DNA of 64,000 bases, taken from contig JBEULK010000076.1 of NCBI GenBank assembly GCA_041287325.1, positions 2,852 through 66,851 on the forward strand, given 5' to 3'. This DNA is from Pyrobaculum sp. Lineage in GTDB: Archaea > Thermoproteota > Thermoprotei > Thermoproteales > Thermoproteaceae. Shown here piece by piece: positions 27,820-36,488 of the stretch. Under the pieces are notes generated by a model. That model was not told where the DNA came from and ran no database searches. It saw nothing but the letters and a program-made list of their open reading frames with translations. Position 1 is the first letter of the stretch. Every line of letters begins with the position of its first letter. The translations under genes and the position numbers were made by a program.

Positions 27820-28694
27820 CTTCTCGCCACTTTTTCTATATAATCCGCTAATGCGACGGCGGGGTTTACGCCAGTAGCTTGTTTAAAGCCTCTCCAATCT
27901 GGGCTGGCGTTTACTTCAAACACGACGTATCCCTCCTTGCCCTCGCCTATGTCAACGCCAGAGTATACAAGCCCCAGCACCTCAGTTGCCTTTACGGCAA
28001 CTTCCTCCAGATCTGGACTGAGCTTGCAAGGGACTCCCACGGCGCCTTGTGCTATGTTGGTCTTCCAGCTGGTAGAGACGCGGTACATACAGCCGATGGG
28101 TCTTCCATCTACTACAATTATCCTAATGTCTCGATTAGGCTTCTCGACGTACTTCTGTATATACAGGGGGTTACGCGTGAGGAGAAGCGTCCTCATCACC
28201 TGGAACGCCACCTCGGCGTCTTCAAACAACATGGCGCCGAAGCCCCTGCTCCCCTGGATAGGCTTTAAGACCACTTTTCCAAGCTCCTTAGCTGCCGCAT
28301 ATCCAGCGTACAAGTCCTCGGTGACTACGGTAGGCGGCACGGGGATCCCCGCCTTCCCCAGGAGGTAAATGCTCTCAAGCTTATTTCTACATGTGAGCAA
28401 AGACTCCACGGGGTTTATGGCCGCCACGCCGCTTTTTTCGAGTATTTTAAGCGTAGAGACGCGTCTCATCAAAGTGTTTGCATCTACCACATACCCCAAG
28501 CCTCTTACTACTACCACCGACGCGTCGAGGGGCCCTCTTCTTGTCTCTACAGCGGCGTTGCCGTTTGAAATTCTTACAGAGAGACGCTGGACTGGGATGT
28601 ACCTGACTCTAAGTCCCCTCTTCTTAACTTCAAAGTATATATCGCGGGTAGGCTCGTCAGGAGTTTGAGATTCTGCAACGATAACTACGCTCAT
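27816..28694 (-). CDS. RimK/LysX-family ATP-grasp ligase
   Basis: 292 aa. VLKPIQGSRGFG, DIRIIVVDG, WKTNIAQGA, GVDIGE...VFEVNASP. Confidence 0.85.
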   Translation of the reverse strand: MSVVIVAESQTPDEPTRDIYFEVKKRGLRVRYIPVQRLSVRISNGNAAVETRRGPLDASVVVVRGLGYVVDANTLMRRVSTLKILEKSGVAAINPVESLLTCRNKLESIYLLGKAGIPVPPTVVTEDLYAGYAAAKELGKVVLKPIQGSRGFGAMLFEDAEVAFQVMRTLLLTRNPLYIQKYVEKPNRDIRIIVVDGRPIGCMYRVSTSWKTNIAQGAVGVPCKLSPDLEEVAVKATEVLGLVYSGVDIGEGKEGYVVFEVNASPDWRGFKQATGVNPAVALADYIEKVARR

Positions 28695-28737
28695 AGGACT
28701 GAGTTGTGAAGGGGGTTTATAGATTTATTAATTACAA

Positions 28738-29322
28738 GTGGTGAGAGACGTGGGTAATTTATATGTCGCAAGCGGCGTGGCTATGTGTAAGTCTTGCGGC
28801 TTCGCCGCCCCTGCTCTGGACATGTGTAAAATTACTGAGACTTGCGTGGTGTGCGCCAGGGCGAAGCTTGGTGAGAAGTGTAACCTCTGTCCTGACAGGG
28901 AGAAATGTGACTTAGCAGTGGAGGGCATTATGTTTATAAAACGCCTAGAGCCCATCCTCGACGTCTATATAGACTTGGGCAAACATGTCGCAAGGCTTTT
29001 AGAGAAGTACGACAGGGTAGAACTCGGGGTTGTGTTTTTAAAAAACTTGATGGGCCTTGTAAAGCTTTTAGAAAAAGAGAGGGCAGAAAAGGCGTTTCCT
29101 CTGTGGGTTTCCACAGTATTAAGGGGAGATGTTGTGCCGAGGCTAATAAAGACGCCGTATGTAGTCAAGATAGACGTGGGGCGCCCCTTGGTCGCCTTCT
29201 GTGCTAAGTTTAAATGTACAGGGCTGGAGGCGCCGCTTAATAACTTGCTTAACGCGTTGCTAAGTCTATCGCTTATTGAAGGCGTGAAGGACCCCTCTCG
29301 CTACTTCCGCCTAGGCGTGTAG
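28738..29322 (+). CDS. hypothetical Cys-rich protein
   Basis: 194 aa. The N-terminus carries CKSCG..C....CVVC......CNLC....C (9 Cys in about 45 aa). No family recognised. Confidence 0.45.
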   Translation: MVRDVGNLYVASGVAMCKSCGFAAPALDMCKITETCVVCARAKLGEKCNLCPDREKCDLAVEGIMFIKRLEPILDVYIDLGKHVARLLEKYDRVELGVVFLKNLMGLVKLLEKERAEKAFPLWVSTVLRGDVVPRLIKTPYVVKIDVGRPLVAFCAKFKCTGLEAPLNNLLNALLSLSLIEGVKDPSRYFRLGV

Positions 29323-29798
29323 TAGTTCACCACCGCTTTTAAGAGTAGCGTAGAGTAAGCCGCTAAGCCCAGTGCTATGATTATCAACACGAGGTATAAA
29401 TAGAAAAATTCATTTATTATGTGAGAAGCAGGCGGGAAGAGGGCGGAGGCAGAGAACACGATGGCTAATGCTGTGACCACAATGCTTGAGCGTATTAACT
29501 TTGTACTCGACGTAAACTCGCCCCTCGCCGTGGTGGCTCTAGATAAGAATACAAGTAAGGCCCCCGTAGCGAGGAGAATAAATGATAGAAGTACTAAAAG
29601 GCTTTGGACAAACACCGACGTGCCGTAGCCGCTGGCATACGCCGCGTTTAAGCTTAGGTAAACTGGGAGGTTGGTCGAGGCGTAGACGGCGCCGCCAACC
29701 AAGACTGCCACTAGGTAGAAGACGGTGGCGAAGAGGCCGTACAGGGAGTACCTCTGTTTTAACTCCTCCGACTTTTTATACAAAGCAGCCCTACTCAT
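29301..29798 (-). CDS. hypothetical 4-TM membrane protein
   Basis: 165 aa with four clear hydrophobic segments. Confidence 0.5.
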   Translation of the reverse strand: MSRAALYKKSEELKQRYSLYGLFATVFYLVAVLVGGAVYASTNLPVYLSLNAAYASGYGTSVFVQSLLVLLSFILLATGALLVFLSRATTARGEFTSSTKLIRSSIVVTALAIVFSASALFPPASHIINEFFYLYLVLIIIALGLAAYSTLLLKAVVNYYTPRRK

Positions 29799-29965
29799 AG
29801 CTGTACGTACTCTCTAATTTTTATGTTACATGTCTTACACACCATAGTCCTTTCAAGAGTCCGCCTTCCGCTTAGCTGGTCAATTCGAAGAAACTGGTTA
29901 ACTACCTCCATGTCTCTGCCACAAGAGGGGCATTTAACTAGCCACGTCAAGTATTCCGAATCCAC
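29795..29965 (-). CDS. unlisted micro-ORF: 56-aa zinc-ribbon protein
   Basis: Hand translation (below the 60-aa track cutoff): GTG..VDSEYLTWLVKCPSCGRDMEVVNQFLRIDQLSGRRTLERTMVCKTCNIKIREYVQL*. An in-frame TAA lies 2 codons upstream of the GTG. Its TGA overlaps the ATG of the 4-TM gene (ATGA). Confidence 0.4.
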   Translation of the reverse strand: MDSEYLTWLVKCPSCGRDMEVVNQFLRIDQLSGRRTLERTMVCKTCNIKIREYVQL

Positions 29966-29977
29966 GACATGTTAAAC

Positions 29978-29990
29978 GTATTTATTTAAG
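29978..29990. promoter_or_regulatory. shared AT-rich TATA region between divergent starts at 29965 (-) and 30006 (+)
   Basis: GTATTTATTTAAG lies about 19 nt from one start codon and about 22 nt from the other. Confidence 0.3.
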
Positions 29991-30005
29991 AAGATTTGCG
30001 CCTCT

Positions 30006-30425
30006 GTGGACAAGCTCTCTCTCAGCGAGGTTGTGTCTAGGGTAAAAAATGGCGAGAACATTGAGGTAATCGGTTACGAAGAAGACTTAGTACTAGTAGA
30101 CAAAGTCAAGGGAGTTGTAAAGGGAGACTTCTCACAAGAAGAGCTAAGCGAGCTTAAGAAAAGAAAGCCCAGAGGCAAGCCGACCCCCAAGCAGTTAGTG
30201 CTCGCCGCAGAGGTGGCGAAGAGGCTGGGCGAGGCTAGGCGGCAGTTTAAGATAATATTCGGACCTAAGGAGGTCACCATAAGGAGCGGGGGAGGGTTTA
30301 TTAGGATCGTAGAAGGCGAGGTCAAGCTCGCTGGGTATAAAAGCCTAGAAGAAGACCCGCTCCCCATTATAATAGACGTCTTAAAGGCCTACGGCGAGGT
30401 CAAGTTGTTAAAGCCGTTGAAGTAG
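30006..30425 (+). CDS. hypothetical protein
   Basis: 139 aa with a GTG start and lysine-rich centre. No family recognised. Confidence 0.45.
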   Translation: MDKLSLSEVVSRVKNGENIEVIGYEEDLVLVDKVKGVVKGDFSQEELSELKKRKPRGKPTPKQLVLAAEVAKRLGEARRQFKIIFGPKEVTIRSGGGFIRIVEGEVKLAGYKSLEEDPLPIIIDVLKAYGEVKLLKPLK

Positions 30426-30747
30426 GCTTTTTCAAAATTACTACGTTGAGTCTCCCCCTCTTTTGAATCTCCACATAGCCCCCATCGCTTAGGCGTCTCA
30501 AGGCCTTGTGAACGGTGCTCTTGGGGAGGCCAAGTTCCTTAATTATCTCGCTTTGATATACAACGCCCTGCCGCTCTGCGAGAAGTTTTAAAATTGCTTT
30601 GTCTATGTCTGGCAGATCTTCGTTTGCAGACTCTACCTCTGTGTTGACCTGGGTGTCGTTAATAAGTCTCTTTAACTTTCGGCGTCCGGTGTAGGCGGCG
30701 AATAGCACCGCCGCCACTTGGATTATTAACAAGACGATGCCTAGCAT
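30400..30747 (-). CDS. membrane-anchored winged-helix (MarR/ArsR-like) regulator
   Basis: 115 aa. N-terminal TM helix (GIVLLIIQVAAVLFAAY), then an HTH (SEIIKELGLPKSTVHKALRRLSDGGYVE). Confidence 0.6.
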   Translation of the reverse strand: MLGIVLLIIQVAAVLFAAYTGRRKLKRLINDTQVNTEVESANEDLPDIDKAILKLLAERQGVVYQSEIIKELGLPKSTVHKALRRLSDGGYVEIQKRGRLNVVILKKPTSTALTT

Positions 30748-31160
30748 GTTAGCTCCTCCTCAAGTCTCAACGCCTCAAGTATCGTGGCTACCCTGCCTTC
30801 TGCCTCAACTAAATATTTAGATGTCCGTACTTGAAAGCCGCGCTGAGCTAAGAGGTCGGCTGCGCATTTTTCGGTAGTGACTACATTCATTTTTCTTGCA
30901 ATTTTGTCGTATTCCATAGTGATAAACCCCGAGACTCCCAGCCTTTTGCTCTTTCTAATTCTCACCACGTCGCGTTGTCCCTCCACAAGCCAACCCATGT
31001 GAAGAAGCGACTCCTTGACGTCGAGAAGAAGGGCTGAGACGTCCATTTCGCAGAGAGACTTCAAAGTAGCTACCAGTTCTGACAACGCTGGCGAGACCCT
31101 AAGGCCCCCCTCCTCCAGCACTACTCTATCTGCCACCTCTCTTACAGAGAGAAACGCCAT
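30741..31160 (-). CDS. hypothetical protein (start trimmed to the internal ATG)
   Basis: The track ORF runs to 31295, but that leaves 5 nt to the divergent gene. The ATG at 31160 (MAFLSVREV..) has TTTAAA about 25 nt upstream. Confidence 0.45.
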   Translation of the reverse strand: MAFLSVREVADRVVLEEGGLRVSPALSELVATLKSLCEMDVSALLLDVKESLLHMGWLVEGQRDVVRIRKSKRLGVSGFITMEYDKIARKMNVVTTEKCAADLLAQRGFQVRTSKYLVEAEGRVATILEALRLEEELTC

Positions 31161-31271
31161 TGTGACCTCAAGCTCGGGACCTTTAAACAACACCTCATCT
31201 CCAAAAACCTCTACTTCACACACAAAAGGCGCATTGCCACTAAATATAAAGATTACCAGGCAACATAAGCG

Positions 31272-31281
31272 CTTTTTATAC
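31272..31281 (+). promoter_or_regulatory. TATA-like box for the ASCH-domain gene
   Basis: CTTTTTATAC, centred about 24 nt upstream of the GTG at 31301. Confidence 0.35.
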
Positions 31282-31300
31282 CCAGATATAACCACACTAC

Positions 31301-31666
31301 GTGAGGCAGGTGGACCTAGGCCCCTATCTGCGGTTCAAAGAAAAGTACCTAGAAAACGTCTTGTCTGGGAAGAAGAGAGTCACTGTTAGATACGGCGTTG
31401 TTAGGCCCAAGTTCACCCTAGTGTACATTGTGTGTTGTGACAAGATATACGGAGAGGCCTTCATTACTCGTGTTTACTACACTAAAGTGGAGAAATTGGG
31501 GGAAGAAGTGGTAGAAGCCGAAGGTTTTGAGTCCAGGGAGGTGCTTATCAACGAGCTTAGGGAGATCTACGGCTCTGTTAAAGAAGACGACACCGTATCC
31601 GTTATCTTTTTTACACTTGTAAGAAAATACGAAAAACCAGTGCCTCTTTCAGTCATGAGGAGTTGA
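31301..31666 (+). CDS. ASCH (PUA-like) domain protein
   Basis: 121 aa. LRFKEKYLENVLSGKKRVTVRYG ... EAEGFESREVLINELREIYG is typical of ASCH proteins. Confidence 0.65.
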   Translation: MRQVDLGPYLRFKEKYLENVLSGKKRVTVRYGVVRPKFTLVYIVCCDKIYGEAFITRVYYTKVEKLGEEVVEAEGFESREVLINELREIYGSVKEDDTVSVIFFTLVRKYEKPVPLSVMRS

Positions 31667-31696
31667 GGCTATTTATATACGGGGCTCATCTAGTCC

Positions 31697-32728
31697 ATGG
31701 GCTTGAGAAAATTGGTGGAGAGATTCGCTGGCAGATACGACTACTTAATTTTGACAAAACCCCCGAACTTGGCCTACTCAGTCGGCATGCCAGACGCCTT
31801 AGGTTTAGTGGTAGACTTGTCCACGGGGCACTCCATATTGTACGTATCTCGACTTGATTTTACACGAGCAAAGGCTGTGGCAAAGGTAGACAAAGTTGTG
31901 GCCTTGGCCTCTGCCGAGATACCGCCGCGTAGAGCAGGCGAAGAGCTTGTAATTGCGCCCAGCTTTTTAGAAGCAATAAAACCTCTACAAGAAAAGAAAG
32001 TAGCCTCTGATAGCAAAGACATAGGGGCCGACGTCTCTGCAGAGTTGCTTGAAGTACGGTCTGTAAAAGACGAGGAGGAGCTACAAGTAATAAAAGAGGC
32101 TTTGAAAATTACAGAAGGAGTCTACACTAGACTAAGCGAAATGAGACTAGTAGGACTCAGAGAGCGCGACGTGGCCGCCCTTGTATACAAGTGGTTTTTA
32201 GAAGACGGGGCTGATGGCGTCGCCTTCGACCCCATCGTGGCCTCCGGCCCCAACGGAGCCTTTCCCCACTACCGATACGGAGAGAGGAAGATTAAACATG
32301 GCGACTTAGTGGTAGTGGACATAGGCGCTAAGAAGGGCGTCTATTGTTCTGACATGACCAGAACGCTGGGTGCTACCACCGGAGTCCTAAAAGACGCCAT
32401 GTACGCAGTTTACGAGGCATTAAAAGCCGCAGAGAAAGCAGTTAGAGAAGGCGTCTCCGCCGCTGAGGTGGATAAGACGGCCCGAGACGTAATTACGGAG
32501 TACGGCTTTGCCCCCTATTTCATTCACTCCACCGGACACGGCGTCGGCGTGGAGGTACACGAGCCGCCTAGGCTCTACGTCACGTCTAGAGAAACGTTGC
32601 GGAGAGGCAACGTGGTGACTATAGAGCCCGGGGTCTACATAGAGGGGGTAGGCGGCGTGAGGATAGAAGACATGGTGTACGTAGACGGGGGCGCGGTGGT
32701 GCTGAACAAGACGCCCCGCATCTTCTAG
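31697..32728 (+). CDS. pepQ: M24-family Xaa-Pro dipeptidase/aminopeptidase
   Basis: 343 aa. Pita-bread metal ligands (DIGAKKGVYCSDMTRT, HSTGHGVGVEVHE, EPGVY..GGVRIED). Confidence 0.85.
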   Translation: MGLRKLVERFAGRYDYLILTKPPNLAYSVGMPDALGLVVDLSTGHSILYVSRLDFTRAKAVAKVDKVVALASAEIPPRRAGEELVIAPSFLEAIKPLQEKKVASDSKDIGADVSAELLEVRSVKDEEELQVIKEALKITEGVYTRLSEMRLVGLRERDVAALVYKWFLEDGADGVAFDPIVASGPNGAFPHYRYGERKIKHGDLVVVDIGAKKGVYCSDMTRTLGATTGVLKDAMYAVYEALKAAEKAVREGVSAAEVDKTARDVITEYGFAPYFIHSTGHGVGVEVHEPPRLYVTSRETLRRGNVVTIEPGVYIEGVGGVRIEDMVYVDGGAVVLNKTPRIF

Positions 32729-33543
32729 CGCCTTTTAGCAAAGACTCCCAAGCCCTCCTTCACATCCTCTACTACAAACCCAGTTTTCCTAAGCTTCTCC
32801 ACCACTCTCCTCGCCGGGTTCAGCCCTCTGTACTTCGTCCCGGTCTGACTCACATAGTGAAATAAGCCGCCGCCCCTCTTTAAAATTCTAAAAAACTCTC
32901 TATACAAATATTCAGAGTACAGCCTCTGAGTAGCATGGCTAATACGCGGCGGGTCGTGTATCACGTAGTTAAAGGCGCCGTCTCTTACGGCGCGTATTAA
33001 ATCCACGCAGTCTCCCATCACTATATCTACGACGGGAGACCACAGACCTCGGCTGTAGGGGTTGTAGGTAGCTAGGGCCAGCACGTTGAGGTCTGCCTCA
33101 ACAGTTAGGACGTAGCGCGCCCCCCTCCTCAAAGCCTCGACTGCGGTATAGCCGAGCCCGGTACAACACTCAAAGACCCGTCCCCACACTCCCGCTACTT
33201 TCCTCGCCGCGAGGCTCAGAGGGTTTTCTAACACGCTGTGCATAGTAATTCCATCTATCATCAAAGTGGGGGCCCAACCCCTCTTAAACACACACAGTTT
33301 GTAAAAATGCCTATCTGCTATAGACAACTCACGCCACCTACCTCTCACAAGCGCATACACCTCGCAGTCCCCAGCCTCTGGCAATTCATCTAGGGCAATT
33401 TCGTAGTCGGCCCCCCCGTAGTTAAACTTGGCGTACCGCCCGGCGTACGTCACTTTAGACTTCGAAATTTCTAAGTCAAAAGATACAAACTCCCTCTTCT
33501 CTACTAAGTCTTCTACCTGCCACCTAGACAGAACTGGCACCAC
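32725..33543 (-). CDS. class I SAM-dependent methyltransferase (archaeal COG2521-like)
   Basis: 272 aa. SAM motif ECCTGLGYTAVEAL and motif IV-like IHDPPR. Confidence 0.6.
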   Translation of the reverse strand: MVPVLSRWQVEDLVEKREFVSFDLEISKSKVTYAGRYAKFNYGGADYEIALDELPEAGDCEVYALVRGRWRELSIADRHFYKLCVFKRGWAPTLMIDGITMHSVLENPLSLAARKVAGVWGRVFECCTGLGYTAVEALRRGARYVLTVEADLNVLALATYNPYSRGLWSPVVDIVMGDCVDLIRAVRDGAFNYVIHDPPRISHATQRLYSEYLYREFFRILKRGGGLFHYVSQTGTKYRGLNPARRVVEKLRKTGFVVEDVKEGLGVFAKRR

Positions 33544-33638
33544 TGTAGACTCCGCGTCCTGTTTTTCAAAATTTTCGGCCTACCCCTATGTCTTTTTCAT
33601 AACTCCTGAAAATAAATAGGGAGACGCATCAGATATCC

Positions 33639-33935
33639 ATGTACGTACAATACCAGCGCTACTCTCCGGTGGGGGAATACCTCCGCCTCGTGATTATGAA
33701 GAGGTTGTCTCAGGGCCCGGCGCCAGTCGAGGAAATAGACCGACTGGCGAAGAAGGCAGTAGAGGAGCTGGGGGAGAGGTACGACTGGAGAGTCTGGCCG
33801 CAACTCCTCAAGAGGGAGGTGGTTATAAAAAACGGAACCGCCGAGCTGACGAGGGAGGGCAAGTGGATATACGAACAGACCTGGGAAGAGGTGGCGGCGT
33901 ATGTAAGCAAAAAACTAGGCGTACCCCTGCCGTAG
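33639..33935 (+). CDS. hypothetical small protein
   Basis: 98-aa ORF. The true start may be the internal MKRLSQG. No family recognised. Confidence 0.35.
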   Translation: MYVQYQRYSPVGEYLRLVIMKRLSQGPAPVEEIDRLAKKAVEELGERYDWRVWPQLLKREVVIKNGTAELTREGKWIYEQTWEEVAAYVSKKLGVPLP

Positions 33936-35399
33936 TTTCCTAACGGCTAAGTCTAGAAGAGGCTCGAGTACCGCTTTTATATATTTCAAGGCCTCTTCTC
34001 CGCAACGTTCAAGCGCCCCTCTTCTGACGTGTATAAACACGTGAGGCGCCCTCTTCCACGCCTCGTTCACGGCGGCCACCAGCGGCGAGATTTCAGAAAT
34101 TGAAATACGCCCGTTAGCCGTAGATATGTACAAATCCTCGGCACGTGGGTCAAAGCTGACGTAAGACACTACGACGTCGTCGGGAGTCAGTCTACACCTC
34201 TCCCCAAGCTCTACGTTAAGCCGCTCCACAAGGCTACTCTTCAAGCGGCTGACCAGGGCCCAGTGAGGTGGTCCCAAGCGGTCTATAGCCTCGTTTAGCC
34301 TGGCCGGCTCTTTGAAAATTTCTAAGAAGTCCTTCTCCCTCTTCCACAAGGCGACGTAGTCGAGCCTCTTGCGAGAGAGGAGGTCTCTAAACCTCTGGTC
34401 TCTGACAAAGACAGAAGTGAAGTAGTCGTCGGTAGCCTTCCACACTACCTCACCGTCCACTTCGCCTGTGATGAATTTAGCCAAGTCGCAGAGGTATTGA
34501 CAAATTGTCTCGTCTCCCTGGCCTTGTAAACACTTCTCTATGTTGTCAGCTATTATTTCTCTGGCAACTTCGGTAAATAACACGGTCTTGTGGTGTAGGT
34601 AGACGTGTCTGTACAAGTTGTACCTAGTGATTAAGTAGCCCTCTAAGTTTACCCTCGCCTTCTCGTTAAATTGAAACTTTCCGCCAACGACTTCAAGATT
34701 TTCTATAATTCGTTCAAGATCTATGTGAGTAAAACTGGTCCCCACGGCGGCGCCTGTGAAGTACATATCTCTCATAATATAGTCGAGCCTATCTGCATCA
34801 AAGTCGCCTGAGAGGATGTTACCTAACGTCTTGTACTCCCCGCCTCTATCAAATAACAACGCCTTAATTACACCAACGTCGTATCCTAGCTTAGAAAGCT
34901 TGGCCTCCAGCTTTTCTATTAATAGACGCGTTGTAACTTCGTGGGGCTTCGCCACATCAAACATAGAAATATCGACGTCGACGCAACCCCTTTTTGTTGC
35001 CATATGTAACAAATCCACCGCCAGGGACTCAAAGGAATGGGAAAACGGCAAGTGTCCTAAGTCGTGGAGCAAGGCGGTTACTCTGAGGTGTTTTAACAAA
35101 TATTCATCTACGCGGCCCCGTTCTTGTTGCATGACCCGCTCTCCGAGCAATGTGGCTATGTGCATGACGCCGAGGCTGTGGTCAAACCTAGTATGAGTCG
35201 CCGTGGGGTAGACCAAGTAGACAAACCCCAACTGTTTCACATACCTAAGTCTCTGTATTACCGGCTCCCCGTCTATGAGCTCCACCTCCTCTTCGGTGAG
35301 CTTAACAAAGCCATGGACGGGGTCTCTGATAGCTTTTTTAAACTGCACATGAAGAGGGGATTGTGTGTTTATAAGAGTGGCAGAGGTATATAAGGCCAC
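33915..35399 (-). CDS. HD-domain phosphohydrolase (COG1078, dNTP triphosphohydrolase-like)
   Basis: 494 aa. RFDHSLGV, LLHDLGHLPFSH, DADRLDY. Confidence 0.8.
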   Translation of the reverse strand: MALYTSATLINTQSPLHVQFKKAIRDPVHGFVKLTEEEVELIDGEPVIQRLRYVKQLGFVYLVYPTATHTRFDHSLGVMHIATLLGERVMQQERGRVDEYLLKHLRVTALLHDLGHLPFSHSFESLAVDLLHMATKRGCVDVDISMFDVAKPHEVTTRLLIEKLEAKLSKLGYDVGVIKALLFDRGGEYKTLGNILSGDFDADRLDYIMRDMYFTGAAVGTSFTHIDLERIIENLEVVGGKFQFNEKARVNLEGYLITRYNLYRHVYLHHKTVLFTEVAREIIADNIEKCLQGQGDETICQYLCDLAKFITGEVDGEVVWKATDDYFTSVFVRDQRFRDLLSRKRLDYVALWKREKDFLEIFKEPARLNEAIDRLGPPHWALVSRLKSSLVERLNVELGERCRLTPDDVVVSYVSFDPRAEDLYISTANGRISISEISPLVAAVNEAWKRAPHVFIHVRRGALERCGEEALKYIKAVLEPLLDLAVRKLRQGYA

Positions 35400-35414
35400 A
35401 GGTGGGGGAAGCCC

Positions 35415-36488
35415 ATGCGGTTAGCTGTAGTAGGCGCTGGGCCCGCCGGCTTATCCTTTGCATCTAAGATTCAAGACGTCGACGTGTTTGAAGAACACGA
35501 AGCCGTGGGCCTCCCTAGGCACTGCACCGGCCTCGTAAGCGCAAAGTCAGCCGAGGCTGTGGGCATTCCGAAAAGCGTAGTGGTAAACAAGTACGAGGAT
35601 TTAGTAGTCACAGACCTAAGGAATAAGATCTACTTTCGCGTCAAAGAAGGCATATACCTCCTCGACAGGCCTGGGCTTGAGCAAAAACTAGCGGAACGTG
35701 TGCCCAAGATTTACTACGGGAAGAAAGTGGTGGCGGTGGAGAGGGGTTATGTGTATACCTTAGACGGCAAAAGACACGGCCCCTACGACTACGTAGTCTT
35801 GGCAGAGGGCTCGGCTAGAAGACTGTCAAGTAGGTACGGCCACGTGGTGAGGCTCCCGGGCCTACAGGTGGATGTAAAAACCGCCGCCCCGCCGCCTGGC
35901 ATCACTGTGATTTACAACCAGCAGATTTCTAAGGCGTACTTCGCCTGGACTGTGGAAATCGATAGGGGACTGTACAGAGTAGGTCTTGCAGATAGTTGTT
36001 GCGTCGTAGAGAAGCTTAGAAAATTACTAAAAGCAGTGAGGGGCAGCCCCGTGGGAAGACCATTCGGCGGCGGCGTCTTGGCAGGTCCTCCCTTAAAGAG
36101 GCTAGTCCACGGCAGAGTTGTGGCCTTGGGAGACGCCGCCGGGTTGGTAAAGCCTCTAAGCGGCGGCGGGATCGTGCTGTCGACCCTCAGCGGCGCCGTG
36201 GCCGCAGACGCCTTGTTGAAAGGAGACCCGTACATATACGAACGCCGCACTTATCTGTTGCGCTTAAAGCTAAGAGCCGCTTTCCACGCCTTTGTTGTGC
36301 TCTACGGCATGAGGCTTGTAGACAAGCTACTCGAAGTCCTAGACGGAGGGGAGTACACGGCCGTGGACTACGACGATCACTTAAAGACGCTGGTAACAGC
36401 AGCTTTGACAGACCCCAGGGCGCCCAGGGCTCTGGGAACCCTTCTCCAGTACTTACCGCGTTATAGATATGTTACGCATCTCCTCTAA
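35415..36488 (+). CDS. FAD-dependent oxidoreductase, geranylgeranyl-reductase family
   Basis: 357 aa. The dinucleotide fold starts at residue 3 ([11 protein letters not shown]). GDAAG motif in the C-terminal half. Confidence 0.7.
   Translation: MRLAVVGAGPAGLSFASKIQDVDVFEEHEAVGLPRHCTGLVSAKSAEAVGIPKSVVVNKYEDLVVTDLRNKIYFRVKEGIYLLDRPGLEQKLAERVPKIYYGKKVVAVERGYVYTLDGKRHGPYDYVVLAEGSARRLSSRYGHVVRLPGLQVDVKTAAPPPGITVIYNQQISKAYFAWTVEIDRGLYRVGLADSCCVVEKLRKLLKAVRGSPVGRPFGGGVLAGPPLKRLVHGRVVALGDAAGLVKPLSGGGIVLSTLSGAVAADALLKGDPYIYERRTYLLRLKLRAAFHAFVVLYGMRLVDKLLEVLDGGEYTAVDYDDHLKTLVTAALTDPRAPRALGTLLQYLPRYRYVTHLL

Noticed and set aside
31161-31295. The first 45 codons of track ORF 30741..31295 (MVISGYKKRLCC..).
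   Set aside because: They would leave only 5 nt to the divergent ASCH gene and would cover both TATA-like boxes. The internal ATG at 31160 has proper promoter geometry.
31663-31857. ORF 31663..31857 (+), and other 60-100 aa ORFs nested in or antisense to annotated genes (for example 749..964, 126..365, 3009..3257).
   Set aside because: They are out of frame with, or opposite to, well-supported genes, and have no motifs or independent start context.
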